A stretch of 64,000 nt of DNA from assembly GCA_904063045.1 (NCBI GenBank), contig CAJFCJ010000013.1, positions 229,470 to 293,469 on the forward strand. The letters run 5' to 3'. The translations under genes and the position numbers were made by a program. Every line of letters starts with the position of its first letter. Position 1 is the stretch's first letter. This DNA is from Dimorphilus gyrociliatus. Taxonomy: Eukaryota; Animalia; Annelida. Below are positions 37,601 through 51,000 of the stretch, in pieces. The notes under the pieces are model-generated. The model saw only the letters and a program-made list of their open reading frames with translations, was not told where the DNA came from and did not search any database.

Positions 37601-38876
37601 TTAAACGAGAATCCCTTCTAATATTATCTTATTAATTAAGAGTCGTATTACGTTCAATAATTCAAAAATAGACTGATGGTTATCTTACATGACTGAAAGT
37701 AGTAAATTAATAGTAAAACCAATACAGTATAGGCTAAAATTTCGCGAGTTTAATATGCATAAACACTGCATACGATATTGATGAGAAAATGGAATGAAAA
37801 GAGAGGGTAGGGGAAAGATTGCTTGGCAAGGAATTACAGCCTATCAAAAAAAAGGCTGTGTTAACAAGTTTACTAATTACAACGATTAAATAACAAAATT
37901 TGTTATTTAGATAAATATTTCAAATTGTGTAATTTATGTTTAGTATTTTTATTGTATTACTTTCCTTTTGATATTGTTTGCCATGTTGCATAATTGTAAT
38001 ACTATATCCTGGTCTCTATTGTTTGTAGGCGTTGGGTTTTTTTTGTCAGTCTTTACTAAACTTGAAACTATTTTGAGTTTACTATCAAATTCGCTGCATT
38101 CTCTTAAAAGTTGCTACAATTTTCTAAATATCATATAAATAAGATAACAGCGAACATAGGGCTAACTTTTGGAAAAAGTCCCAAAGATTTGTGATAGAAA
38201 GGTTAAAAAAAAGTCTTACTGTAGAAAATGCTGATTAACAATAAAATATAATCAAAGCCAAAAAAAGAGTAAGGAATAGAAAGATAAATAGTATTGTTTG
38301 TCAATAATAAGAAAAGAGAAAAGCTAGGTATCTTGCAGGGCTGACGTCAAACTGAAAATATTCTTTTTCTTTTTCTCTCCAGTTGGAAAGCGAGACAGAA
38401 AGGAAAAGAAGGGATTTCTTGTAAAACTTTGTTTAAACTTAATAAATACAGCAACTTATCAAAACTCTAATAATAATAATAATAATAATACAGTGTATCG
38501 TGTTTTATTTAGGGAACATGGAATACGAATAACAAATAATATGTGTAGTAAATAGCTGCAAATTGTTTACGAATTACTTAAATAAGTCTTTTATTCCTGT
38601 CAAAAACTTCTCTTTAGCTATGATTAAATGCCTATTAAATAAGTGTATAGAACTAAAAATAATATTTTACCTTCGGATTACTAGCCTAATTTGGGAAATT
38701 TTCAACATATATACTCATTTCTTTATTCTTTACTACAATAGAATTTTGTTCTATTCATTTTAATCTTTTCTTAATTCTTTTTTATCCAGTTTTTTCTTCT
38801 AAAATATTATATTCTCTTCTCTTCTTTTTCTTCTTTTTTTTCTTAAAGTTTGTAAAGATTAAAGTTCTAAATTAAG

Positions 38877-38880
<4 letters not shown>

Positions 38881-38908
<28 letters not shown>
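38881..38908. repeat. (TA)n microsatellite, followed by (CT)n tracts to about 39020
   Basis: Direct reading. Confidence 0.9.
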
Positions 38909-38912
<4 letters not shown>

Positions 38913-39124
38913 CTTTTATTTATGTATTTATTCCTCTATCTTTGCTTGTCTCCTTCTCTCTCTCTCTCTCTCTCTCTTATAATCTTTAGCTCTCTAGTTT
39001 TTTCGCTCTCTCGCTCTCTCTTTGTAGAGGATACCCTATTGGACTCTTAAGTATATACAGCATTTTTTTGTAGCTAGAGTGATTTATTTCCAACTTACGT
39101 ACGTATAAGAAGGCAATTTTTGTC

Positions 39125-39332
39125 AGTTGTATAAATATAAACCTATATAATATATGATGTACGAAAAGCCTTTTTTCGGTACGTTATAATATACGCGTAT
39201 ACATTTCCATTCGACATTGAGACCTGGCTTAGGACGGACCAGAAAGAAACCAACTATACAGAACACACTTGAATTATGTTGAAAGGAAGATTTAGAAAAA
39301 ATTCAATCATCATTTATTCAACAATTTAAAAG
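39125..39332 (+). other. Putative promoter and non-coding first exon (distal Lhx1/5 leader or lncRNA)
   Basis: TATA-like runs at about 39131-39150, a GC-richer stretch 39220-39250, and an AAG|GTAAGC donor at 39333. No long ORF. Confidence 0.3.
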
Positions 39333-42300
39333 GTAAGCAAGGTTACTTTTTTACTTTTTGTTCTCTTTTTCCCGTTTTTAATTATTTTACACATTTCACG
39401 ATTCGGCGGGAAAGTATTAGATTTCTTTTCTTGTCCATTCGTTCATGGTTACTCTATGTTTTCTTTTCTATTTCCTACATTCTTATCAAGCAATCTTAGC
39501 TAAATGCTATAATATTACAATCAGTTTTATAAAAATTCAGCATCTTCGTGCCGCCATCTACCGTTTTTTTAAGCACATTTCTCTTTCTATTTTTATATTA
39601 TACTTAGACGGCGCCCCCTATTAAGAAGATTAATGACTGTAGGCTATCGAGTTGAAAATTGTTTGCTGAAGTAAATGAAACATGAAATTTAAAAGTTCTC
39701 ACTGAGAAAGTTGATAACGACAACGGTTGGTGAAAATGGTTAGAAAATTATACACGGTACTAGAGGGCAAATAGTCTTCCACAATGAATTCATTCTTCTA
39801 CGGAATGAACTTTCACGTAACAGTCAATAATTCGCTTTCGATAAGAATGATTGAACGGGTAGGAAAATTACCGTTTGAATGACAGAATTTTAGAGAGAAA
39901 GAGAAAACGAGGGCATGGAAAGAGAGAGGAGCTTCAGGAAAAGTGAATGAATTTTCTTTATTTGAGAGTGGATGTGTAAAGGGGAATTTTTATAGGTAGT
40001 ATATAGTCTTTATAATATATAAATATAGAATAGCCAATAAACACGCGCTTCGAGAACGAAGCAGCAATCGAATTAATTACATATTTTCTCATTTGATTTG
40101 ATGCGATTGTCTATAGCGGTAACTAAAAATAGACCGATTCTGGCAGTTTTCCATCTAATCAGTGACACCGTTCTAAACACCGGGCTTATTTTACAAGCTG
40201 CTCGATTATTTTGTCAACGTTGAATAATTCAGAAAAAAAGTATAAAGATAAAAAACGACGTAAAACTGTAAACGAATGTGTAGAGGAGAGCGAGAGCGAA
40301 AGAGAGAGAGAGAATGAAAGGGTGAGAGATAGACAGAAAGAAAAGAGGAAGAGAAAGAGAACGTAAGAGGAGTCGAAAAGTAATGAAAAAAAATACATTT
40401 TGTGCGAGCGAGTAGCGCTAAATTTTGCGCCTGTTCGTATTTTCGGTTTTCCCGAAAATTTTCTGGCCCTCGTTTCCCTTCGGAGTTTTTGCTGGCAGCT
40501 TGCGGTGCCGGCCGTACCCATTGCCATCTGCCGTTAGCTGTGCCAATCTGGTGCTGAGATAGCGATATGCGCATTCCGCCGTGAATATTCTTCTATACGA
40601 CACTTCTTTCATTACATTAGATTACGAAACATACTTAAAAGACGTTGCACAGAGGCATATGCGTTTAAATAGTTATTCTATATACATATACCTGAACGTT
40701 TCCTCATTATTTAATGTACATATAACAATCTATTGATATAATAGATGTATAGATAAATACAACGTCGAGTAAAAGATATAATACTATGTATGCTCTTCGT
40801 CCTGCGTTTCTAACCGACCTCTATCAACAATAAAGGGCTTAAGAAAGAAGATCTCGAGTCGGGCGAACGCGTGCTCATCCAGCTATACGATACGGAAGCC
40901 AATTTATTTTCTAATTACCTGCGACGCGACGAAGTCGATGCTATGCCGCCTTATATACTTTGTACTTAAAAATATAGATATATTCAGATTTCCACATTTT
41001 CTTAGCTTTTTTTTTTTTTTTTCTCGTTTATTTTCTTTCTAAATCATTTTTTTTCTCCCTCCTTCCACCCTCTCCCTCACTTTTTCTCACTCGCTCGCTC
41101 GCTCATTCACTCACTCATTCTCTATCTATCTATCTTTCTCCTTCTTTTTCTTTCTCTTTCTGTCTCTTCCTTTTATTCTCTCTTTTTTTAATTCTTTTCT
41201 ATTGAAATCATTTACATACAGTAACTACATTGTATACATTCATTTGTTGTATATCTTTGGTGTACGAATGCGTTGAAGAACAACCATCGATATACAAAAT
41301 ATAGATTAGCGTCTAGCAGCGTCACTAACTAACGGTTCCTAGTATACAATAAGACAACGCATACGAATATCTATGTATATATTCCAATATTAGATAGACA
41401 TATAAATATAAATAAAAAAGGGATAAGGGAAGAAATAACGCGACCCTTGTGGAATGACGTCTCCAGATATGGAAGGGGTGAAAAGGCGTTCGGAGATGAC
41501 TATCTGAGGCGCATTTATCATTTCGCAACGTCTCTAAACTCTTTCGTGTATTTGCATATTGGAATAAGATAAAGATAGAGAATAGGGCATAGAGGGAAAC
41601 GTTCTCATTAGCATAATAACTGTGCATAACAAAATATATACAGTATACATTAAACATAGTTTTGTAAATATAAATAGTTCTTTAGAATAGGGTTAACACT
41701 CCAATAAGATTTTACAATATTATAAAAATAATTTGTTACATAATAAATCATTTGCATAATTTAAATGCAGGTGAGTATTAACTTGTCTGCTTCATTTTTT
41801 TGTTGTTGACAAATACTAGATAAAACATGTAGGACGTGTTAAGGCCTTTCATCGATATTGCTCAACAATAATCCAAACGTATAAAAGCATACACGCGCGC
41901 GCGCGCATCGGGCAGATAGAGAGAAAAGAAAGGACGAAAGCAATCAAGAACGGACAGACAGAGCGCGAGATTCTCCGCATATGATAGTCAGGTAATCACA
42001 AGTGAGCACCTCCTGAGGGACGGTAAAAAGGGCAGACTTCTATAGCCTTACAGCGCCCTTTATAGCGACCTATATTTAATTTTTGTATGTTTTTTTTTGT
42101 ATTTTATTGTAGTATGGCGTCCATCTCTCTGTATAACACCGCAAGCCGAGCGGAGCTGGTCGTACGAGATAAGGATATAGGCGCGCAGCGTCGTTTGATC
42201 GTTTGTCTTGTTTTTTAGATTTAACCCTAAAAGTCACTTTTCATCAGATATCTTTGATGTTTATTGTCACACTATACAATAGGTTTTTTATTTATTGTTT

Positions 42301-45300
42301 TTCGCTAGTCGACTGTATTGATTTTAAGTTCTTTTTTTTCGTTATCGGAACTATGGTAATCCATATATTCCGTAAACGGTTTCTTTACAACTGGCACTGA
42401 ATTCGAGCATAACGCTCGTGGAGCGGGTCACTAGACTCGTAACCCCTTACGCATGGCGGTGAACAGCGCTGGAGATGAATTAGACCACCCATCTTTGCGA
42501 CGTCCGTCCGAACGGACGCCTATTGCACACGTCGAACGGCCGTCGAGGATTGAAAGACTAGAGGGGTAGGAGGAGCGGAAGGGATAGAATCCCGCACCTT
42601 GCTCGCAGGCGAAGGGGAAACGCATTAGCTGCAGCAATTGCCACAAAAATGGATTGCGTAGCTCGGTGTTGTATGAGCGAGGCGAGGCGTGAGCTTCATT
42701 AACCTTTTGGAGCGTCTATTCGCCGCCAATCTTCGTCATGATGGTGCAAGAGAAAAATAAGGGAGAATTTATTTTCTCTTATTGCGGTCTTATTTCTCTC
42801 TTATTTTTTAATAGAAAAAGAGGCCATTCGCCGATAGATTTAATTCATATACATCTAGTTTGATCTCAATTAATATTTGACGGTGTCGGGTAGCCGGTAA
42901 GGCAAGCAAAGTGGCAGCAAAAATGACAAACTAATCCTCGGCTCACTGTCACAATCAATCACTAGAAACAACCGTTCCCCTTAAGACAATGCAAATCGCT
43001 TTGCAATGAGTACGAAACGTGCGCTCGCACCACCCTCCGCATATGGCGGTGAAAGGATCAAACGTTTGTCTGTAGAAAATAGGGCCTGCCGACTAGTTTG
43101 CACTTGGTCAATAATCATTTATTTGTAAAGTAAATGTATCGACTAAGAAAAAAAAAGAATAGGTTGGAAAGCGGTAGAAGAAGGTAAAGTGGGGGATAAG
43201 GGAGGGTTAAGGGGGGTAAGAATAAGAGTAGAAATATACGGGACGGCGGGGTTTCACGCTATACCGCCGTTCACTCAGCATTATAAAACACTATTTTCAT
43301 GCCATTTTAATGACTTGTGTAAACAAGACGGCGCTGATCTGCTGCAAAGCTTGTTTAGTCTCCTATATAGAAGCTCGTTGGTGCCTCGTTTTACTCGCGC
43401 CATAAGCAGAAATTCAAACACTCGTCGCTCGCTTTATGAATAGAACGAGTGACGATCTTGACTTTAATCTGTATTTCCTTATATTTTTCTCTATTATTCC
43501 AATCACGTATATATCCTTTCTGTATGTTTTGTTTTGTTTTTACCCCAGTTTTCGTATAAGATCACCGTTCGAGATTACTTTTTTCCTTTTTATCTGTATC
43601 TGTGTGAGTTCGATAGTTGCGTTTTTTTTTTCCACTCCTTTTTAAATCAGACGGGAGATGCCTTACAAGGTCAGGCGATCTTAATGACAGAGTCGAAGTT
43701 AATGTAGGCCGATAACGATCGTGGTTAGGTTCTATCAAAACACAGATCTACGAACGGGGCAATTGGCGCAGGTGGCGTGAGTCTTCTTATTCTGCCCGAT
43801 CAGACCGCTTTCCTTCACCCACCTGCCTTAACTCCTATGAAGTAAGGAAAAGAATTTTTCACTCAACTCTCTCTCATTCTCTCTCGCTTTCCTTAATTTC
43901 TCTCCTTCTTTCCCACCCTCTTTTACAGTATATAATTCCCCCATTAAGGGAGTTATATAGTCTAGGCGGTTCAAGGATATGCTGATCGATAGACGATCGT
44001 GAAAGAAAGTGTTAAGGGGGAAATTGGAATGTAACTCCTGCTGATTTCCTTAATCAAAAACTCGGTGTATACACAGTACACCATACACTGTTTCTATCGT
44101 GTATTTATATATAAAATAACTACATATTTGGTAGAAATGTTAAAAAAATACCGTTAGTGTTTTTTTAGAAAAGCGGTGGTATAAAGAGAAAAAATAAGAA
44201 AGTTTTTCTTTTATTCTTGTTACTAGAAGGTTTAATGAAAGAAGAAAATGCGCATCGAACTAGAACGCAATATATTCTAAATACACGTACATATAGAGAG
44301 AACGTCGAAAAGGATCAAAGAAATTGTATAGATTACATGCCCCATCCCTTTGTGCTTCGATTCAAAGCAAGAGTGGCCAGTTGGGAGAACGTAGAGCACG
44401 CTACAATGAACGTTGGAGGGTAAGAAGGAGGAAGATGTTTGTCTTTGTTCCCATTCAATTCTACAATTTCTTTAATTCTCCTGTTGTCTTGAAAGAACCA
44501 TTGGCCAAAAAAATAAAGAATAAAGTATATGGAAGAAAAGTCTCCGAATGACCACACACAGCCTTCAGTGCGGGTTGAATTGCCGGAGGCGATAAACGTC
44601 TGACTGATTCGGGCAGAATGAAGAGTTTCGAAATTCTTTTGAGGTGCGAGGCGAGACAGCGCCATTTGTTTCTTAATCAACGCTTCGTCAGCCTTCGTCA
44701 CGCTGCCCCGAGTAGCCAAATTCGAATTGATGGGCTTTGGCTGTCGGACCGCTAAATTTTTTTCTCCAACCCTTCATCCCTTTTTTAGCCTACTTTTCTT
44801 ATCATCCAACTAATTCTCGTCACCGCCTTCTCATCCCCTTCAACCTTTTACAGTTCTAGTTTGTTCTATTTTTCTTCGTTTTCTTTTTTTTCATTTTCCC
44901 GATTCCTCGCTATATTTGAACTGCTATACTGCTTTCATGTGGCCGCCGCCGTGTAAGCAGCACCTGCGGCGGTAGGCCACTCCTGGTAGCACCTGCATGC
45001 ACGCCTGCTGGCGTGACGAATATAATCAAAAAACAGAACGAACGAAAAAAGAAGGACAGAAACAATATAGAGGAGTAAGAAAAAAAAAAATACAATAAAG
45101 AATAAGAAAACGAATGAGATTGAGAAAAAAAGAAAATATTATTTTTCTATCGGAAGAAGGCTACTACTTTCAAGAATTTTTCTATGGACGAGCAGAACGA
45201 AGAAAAAAACCAAGAAATTTGAGAACAGAGTTGATCTGCAAAAGTTTGCGGTAGCTGGAGGGAAAATAAACTGGAGATGCTCTGCAAACTTGACTACAGC

Positions 45301-47679
45301 CTCCGTCGCGCACGCCCCAACGTAATTTGACGCCCCTTCTCCTACATTACAACCGGTTCGATAACGCTCGATCTGTCCATTTTTAGACAGATGGCCAAAC
45401 TCACCCGTAGTTATAGGAAAAAAAAATTAAAAAAAACGGGTTCTAGCAATAAGCCAATTCAAGCAGGATGCGGGAGACGCTCCGTCAACCAGCAGCCCGT
45501 CGGTTCACTTCCTTCTCGAAGCAGCTTTGCATTATCAGGCTGTGCATACAGTCACATGACTGCTGACGGTTGGCAAACACACTTGGCAAACTGTTTGTCT
45601 CTAGTTGTTTGCACTTTGCAGTGCCTGTGCTTGCCACCTGCATTCCTCTGAGAGTGCTGTTTGCGTGTTACAGTCAAATTACTCTTGTCGAGAGCATTTT
45701 GTTTGTTTGACCAATTCTTCCTCTTGTATATAACGCGTAGTATAAGTACGTACAAACCGTTAGGGGCGTCTAGTCCCTGCGCATCGTTGATAAAGAGCTT
45801 AAGCAATACATTTGCCTCCCCTTTACCCCCGTCTCTCTCCCTCTTTCCCCGTCTCTATACTGTAAACTTTTTTTTTCGTCACCTTTTCGATCATTGTCAT
45901 CGATAGACGTCTTACTTGATGTTTTTATCAAGGCAATTGCTAAATTTTTGTTCAATTTGTAACTGCAGAGATTTTTACTGTATTAAAAATACATTGGACG
46001 CCGTCACCCAGCGTCATATGCAAGTCACTGCGTGCCTGTCCCTCGCACATGTTCTTACAATGCTCAATTTGTGATTTGTTCTGACGTCATTTCGTTGTGT
46101 CAATAGCAGATGTAAGCAACGCTTTGTGCGGATTATACGTATAATATACGTAAATAAAAAAAACTCAAATAGGATGTACATTATTTTATGTTTTGATTAT
46201 ATACATTCCTTATTTTTTCATATGAAGAAAAGTGACTAAAATCTTGTCTGTTGGGCGTTAGAAAAACATACAGAAAGAAAATTATTATTTAGATTCTAGA
46301 CGAGCTGTTGTATAACTAGATTGTCGAATCTAGGCGGGAAACGGTAGAGTTCAAAAGCGTCTTTCGTTTATAAAACAAACTAGAAATTGTTTGAAGTATA
46401 AAGTGGCGTTGAACGGTACTGGTTAATGTTAGGGAGGAAAAGCTGCATAATGCCTTGTAACTATGATGTAATCGACTTGCGCTCTTGTATACGAACGCCA
46501 ACACGTTTTTTTGGAGGCCAGAGGCGGTGTCAGCACCACACATGATGAGCAGTTCAGTGCCTATTGTGTCGCTAACGACTGAGAATAATTGCTGTACGCC
46601 GTGAAGGCTTTGGTCATTGTGCGGACTGGTCAATTGCCGTTTCGGCGATATCCGCAGGGCTAAGCAGTTGAGATTAGGATTAGACTTCTTTCTGTTCTTT
46701 CTTCCTTTTTTCTTTCTATCACCAGCCTTAATTCTGTTTAAATGCATGTATTTCATTCTAACACTGTCTATCATATGTCTGAACCTCTATCTCTTTCTAT
46801 TTACTATATATCTCCTACTTTGCTTTTTATTCGATCTATAATCCTCTGCGTAACTGTATACATATTATGTGCAATACTCTCGTAATCCTCGCTTATATAG
46901 AGTTATATGTAAACATTTATAACTGAACGGTAGTCGTAATCGCAACTTGTGCATGTGTGTATTTGCATTGCAGTCGCGTCGTTGACCATCATGCAGTACG
47001 GCCCGATGAGCAGAGATACGACTTATACGAGTTGATAGACAATCAGGGAGTTATAGGCATAAAAAGCATGTCAACTGCCTATATGCATATCTATAGAAAT
47101 TTCTCTTTCTTTCTTTTTTCTCCTTTTTTTTTAATTCATCTCTTTTTTTTTTTGAGACGACCAGGTTTTTGTTCAAAAACATTTCGAAGATCGTAAAAGA
47201 ACTCTTTGTAACGGTTGCCACGATAAAAATCGCTTGTTTGCCATCCTACGTTGCGTACGGTAGTGTAAAACGTGCGCTTGTATGCGTAAGAATGCACGGC
47301 GCCATGTCACATGTAAATATAAGTAGTAGCCAATTTCGTGTCAAGGGTATCGTGCAGACGGTCAAAGAACAAAACTCACTCAGTCTATTGTATAAGCGTC
47401 TATTCTCAATTGTACATATGTATTGTTTAAGGATAGTTGAAGAATTGCGTATAGAGACTTAAGCGAATTGTCAAATTGCTTTAATGATTGAAAGACATCG
47501 TCGCGAGTTGTAAAAGTGTTGTCATTTCGCTCCAGAGGCGAATGATATATTTGTTTTTCCTTTATTACCTATTACGGCATTCCTTGAAGGCTAGTCTACT
47601 TTTACTATTCAAAAATTCAGCCGTTCGTTTTCGTCATAATTGTCTTTAGGTGTTGGCACTGGCTTCCGCCTATGGCGTG

Positions 47680-48000
47680 ATAGATTGGCTAGCCTCCTCT
47701 TGGATTTTGTACAAGTCTTAGCGGTAGATTTTCCTTGTATTATTTCTGTTATTTTCTCATCCAGTACGTCTATATGAATATAGACTTCTCACGGACAACC
47801 GACCGCCAATCTATACTTGTACAAACTTTAAGTTGTTTGAGTGTTATTGGTCTATGATGAAGTACTGGCGCACTATTCTTTACGTATTGATAAAACTTGA
47901 AACTCTCCCCCGACAGAGGCGCACCCCCCGTCGTTAGAGCGAAGATCTACCTCATCCTGATTGGCTACGGCTCGGAGGCCCCGCCCACCGGCCCTTCTGC
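47680..48000 (+). promoter_or_regulatory. Lhx1/5 proximal promoter (CCAAT boxes and GC box)
   Basis: ATTGG at 47684, CCAAT at 47806, ATTGG at 47960 and CCCCGCCC at 47979-47986, 55-100 bp upstream of ATGs at 48041 and 48086. Confidence 0.65.
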
Positions 48001-48085
48001 AAGCGAACAAAACTCGAGCGTGACATTGAATGCTCGGTCGATGCGTTCTGTAGAGCAGGATAGTTGTTGTACGGAGTTAACAGTA

Positions 48086-51000
48086 ATGGCGGTGACATGT
48101 GCAGCATGTGAGAGACCTATACTCGATAAATATATATCGAACGTACTAGATCAGACCTGGCATCAGCACTGTGTTCAATGTTCTGACTGTCACTCGCAGT
48201 TGTTCGACAAGTGTTTTTCTCGGGAAGGCAAGCTGTTTTGTAAAGAGGATTTCTTCAGGTTTGTAATAAAACTTTATTCTTGCATTCATAATTGCTATTT
48301 AATATGTTCTTTATTACTATTATTATTATTACTATTATTATTATCGGGCTATTAAAATAATGAATGTTATGACTGTCTCCTAAGAGAGAAAGAGAGTTTA
48401 CTCTTATACCGGCATTTTATTTTTTTCGCCTACACCTTTAATAGGTAGGTTAGGCTGTGAAAAGGAAAATACTATATAGCCTAGTAAAGTGTCGTTTTTT
48501 ATGAATTAGCAATATAAATTTCAAATTCGTAATAAAATAATAAACTTTAACGATTAAACGCCTATGGTAGATTGTAAAAAAGAAAAAAGATATTAACTTT
48601 AGATATTTATATAAAAAAAATGTAGATGAGATGTGGATGAGGAGTAGGGAGGGGAATGGGGGAAGGTATAAGAGAGATAGGTAGATAGAGAGGAAAGTTA
48701 TGGAGAGTGAGTGGACGAACGAACGAACGAACGAAAGGAAAACAGAAACTGAAAAAGAAAGGAAAAAGATAAACTTTACCAAAATAATAACAAAAATAAT
48801 AATGAAGAAAAAATATCCTTCTTTTATTATTTTCTTTATTTAAGTGAGAATAGAACAGTTTATCCTTATATCTCAAATTACGTTCTTTTAAAGGGATTTT
48901 CCTTATTAATTTAATGTTTAGTTTACTTTTGAAAGGAATCCCTTTTCAAATATTAACAAGTTTAACTATAAGCGCGAAAGGTTAAATTCTTTTATATATT
49001 TAAAAAAAAGAGAGATAAAGAGGGACAAAAAAAGGAGGTAGGGAGAGAGAGATAGATAGATAGATAGAAGGAAGGAAGGAATGAAACTAGGGAGAAAAAA
49101 TTATTTTTTAGACCAAAAACTTTGGACCTAGAACTAAAAAAAAAAAAAAAGGAAAAAATAATTCAAATTTTAGGCTTCTATTTAAATATTGAACATCTCT
49201 TTCATTTTATTCTCCTTATTCACACATTTGTTAAGTTCGTTTGTAATTTAAAATACGATAACCAAATGAAAAGAGAATAAAATATAGATCGAAGAACGAT
49301 AGACGAATGTATTAAATTATTGTATATGTTTACAAAAATTTATTAATTATTTAAAGGTATTTTATAGGTGCGTTTGTTTCTCCCTCTATCTTTTCCTCTT
49401 TTTCCCTTTTTATTTACTGCCGTAATACATATGTTACCGGGGCATCTATTTTTTTTCTCATGCATGCATAAAACGATTGCTTTTTGGAAATATGCTGGTT
49501 ATAATAGGATTATAATGGTATACCAGTAATTAGCAAATTTAACAGATGTATATTTATAATATATGTGTGCACGCGCGTAAAATCGCTCTTCTGCGTCACT
49601 ACGAGGTTTGTCACGCTCTGCTTAGTATATATGCACATATAAATACTGAGATTTATAAATATAAATATATCAGATAGTTATAGGAATATGCATGTATTTT
49701 TGTGTAAATGTACTGGATGGATTTATGAATAATTCATATTTATATTTATCTTAATAAGTAGGATTTGTGAATGAGAGATATTTTGGGAAAGAAGTGTATA
49801 AAAAGGGTTTCAAAACCGGGAGAGAGGAACGAAATGTTCTTGTAAACCAGAACGAAACGGCTTTTTATCAGTAATCGATACTTGTGACACGAGTCGATAT
49901 ACGGAGCACTCACGGTCCGATAAATCTCTGCGAAATTTTCCCAAACAGGCGTTTTGCGACGAAATGCGGCGGTTGTGGAGAAACGCTGTCCGCCAACGAA
50001 TTCGTAAGACGAGCCAGAAATCGCGTCTACCACCTTAAATGTTTCACCTGTATGATATGCCGAAAGCAGTTGGCCACCGGCGAACAATTATACGTTCTAG
50101 AGGATAATAAATTCATCTGTAAGGAGGATTATTTGAGTAATTCAAAATATCAAGGTAAGTGCGTTTGAATATTCATTTTCCTATTATGGGCTACTATTTA
50201 TTCTTTATCCTACACTTAACAATCTTGTTTATTTTTTCGATAATGCGTTGCAAATGACTATTTTTCTGTCACCTCTTCCCCTTCCCCGTTTTCGCATACG
50301 TTTCGTCTATCACGCATGTCAACCGCACAGATAGAATAAGGCAGATAAACAGTTCTCATGAGAATCTACAGCCGCCATTATCCGCTCGACTTTGTCGCCT
50401 TAAACCGAGATTTATATATTTTATATATAAATATATACATTATAAACTGTATATATTTATATAAGATTGCAGTTGTATTTAATCTCTATATACTATATAT
50501 ATATATATAAATTATATAAGAGATTGAATATCATGTACGCATATATATGGATATATATATATATATATATATATATGCATATATTAGCTTTATATATTAA
50601 AACGTGAAAAGTATACAGCATATCATAGTATTCGTATTTAAAGAAAACTTTAAAATTGACAATCTCTCTCTTCTTCTTCTTTTTTAAATTTACTTAATAA
50701 TTTTTTATTTATTATTATTTTTATACCCTTTTTATGAGCTGAAAGTGTAAGTTAAGAGAGGGGTAGTTTGTCTGGAGGTATTATACGAGTTTGCAGCTGT
50801 CAGTAATCAACTAGCGTATATGACAAATGATTCATACGAGCTCGAGCTCAGATCAAAGAAACGGCACGCTATAGTGTATAGATAAGAATCTGCTTGTCAC
50901 ACACGCTAGCTATATAGCTGGCCGAAAAAAACGTACGGTGGCCCCTGCAAAATAGGTCAGGGATTGCCTTATTTCCTGGCAACCGAGTTTCTGCAGCCAG

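Noticed and set aside
46542-46582. Box C (ATGATGA) and box D (CTGA) suggesting a snoRNA
   Set aside because: Only about 40 nt apart, no terminal stem, and not in a known host intron.
40186-47462. Many 60-150 aa ORFs upstream of Lhx1/5
   Set aside because: Low-complexity F/L/S/I or R/K/E composition from GA/CT/AT repeats and GC islands; no domains; overlapping on both strands.
47897-48040. TTG-initiated N-terminal extension of Lhx1/5 in the ORF track
   Set aside because: It overlaps the CCAAT and GC-box promoter. Family proteins start just before the first LIM cysteine, and GC-rich DNA is often stop-free by chance.
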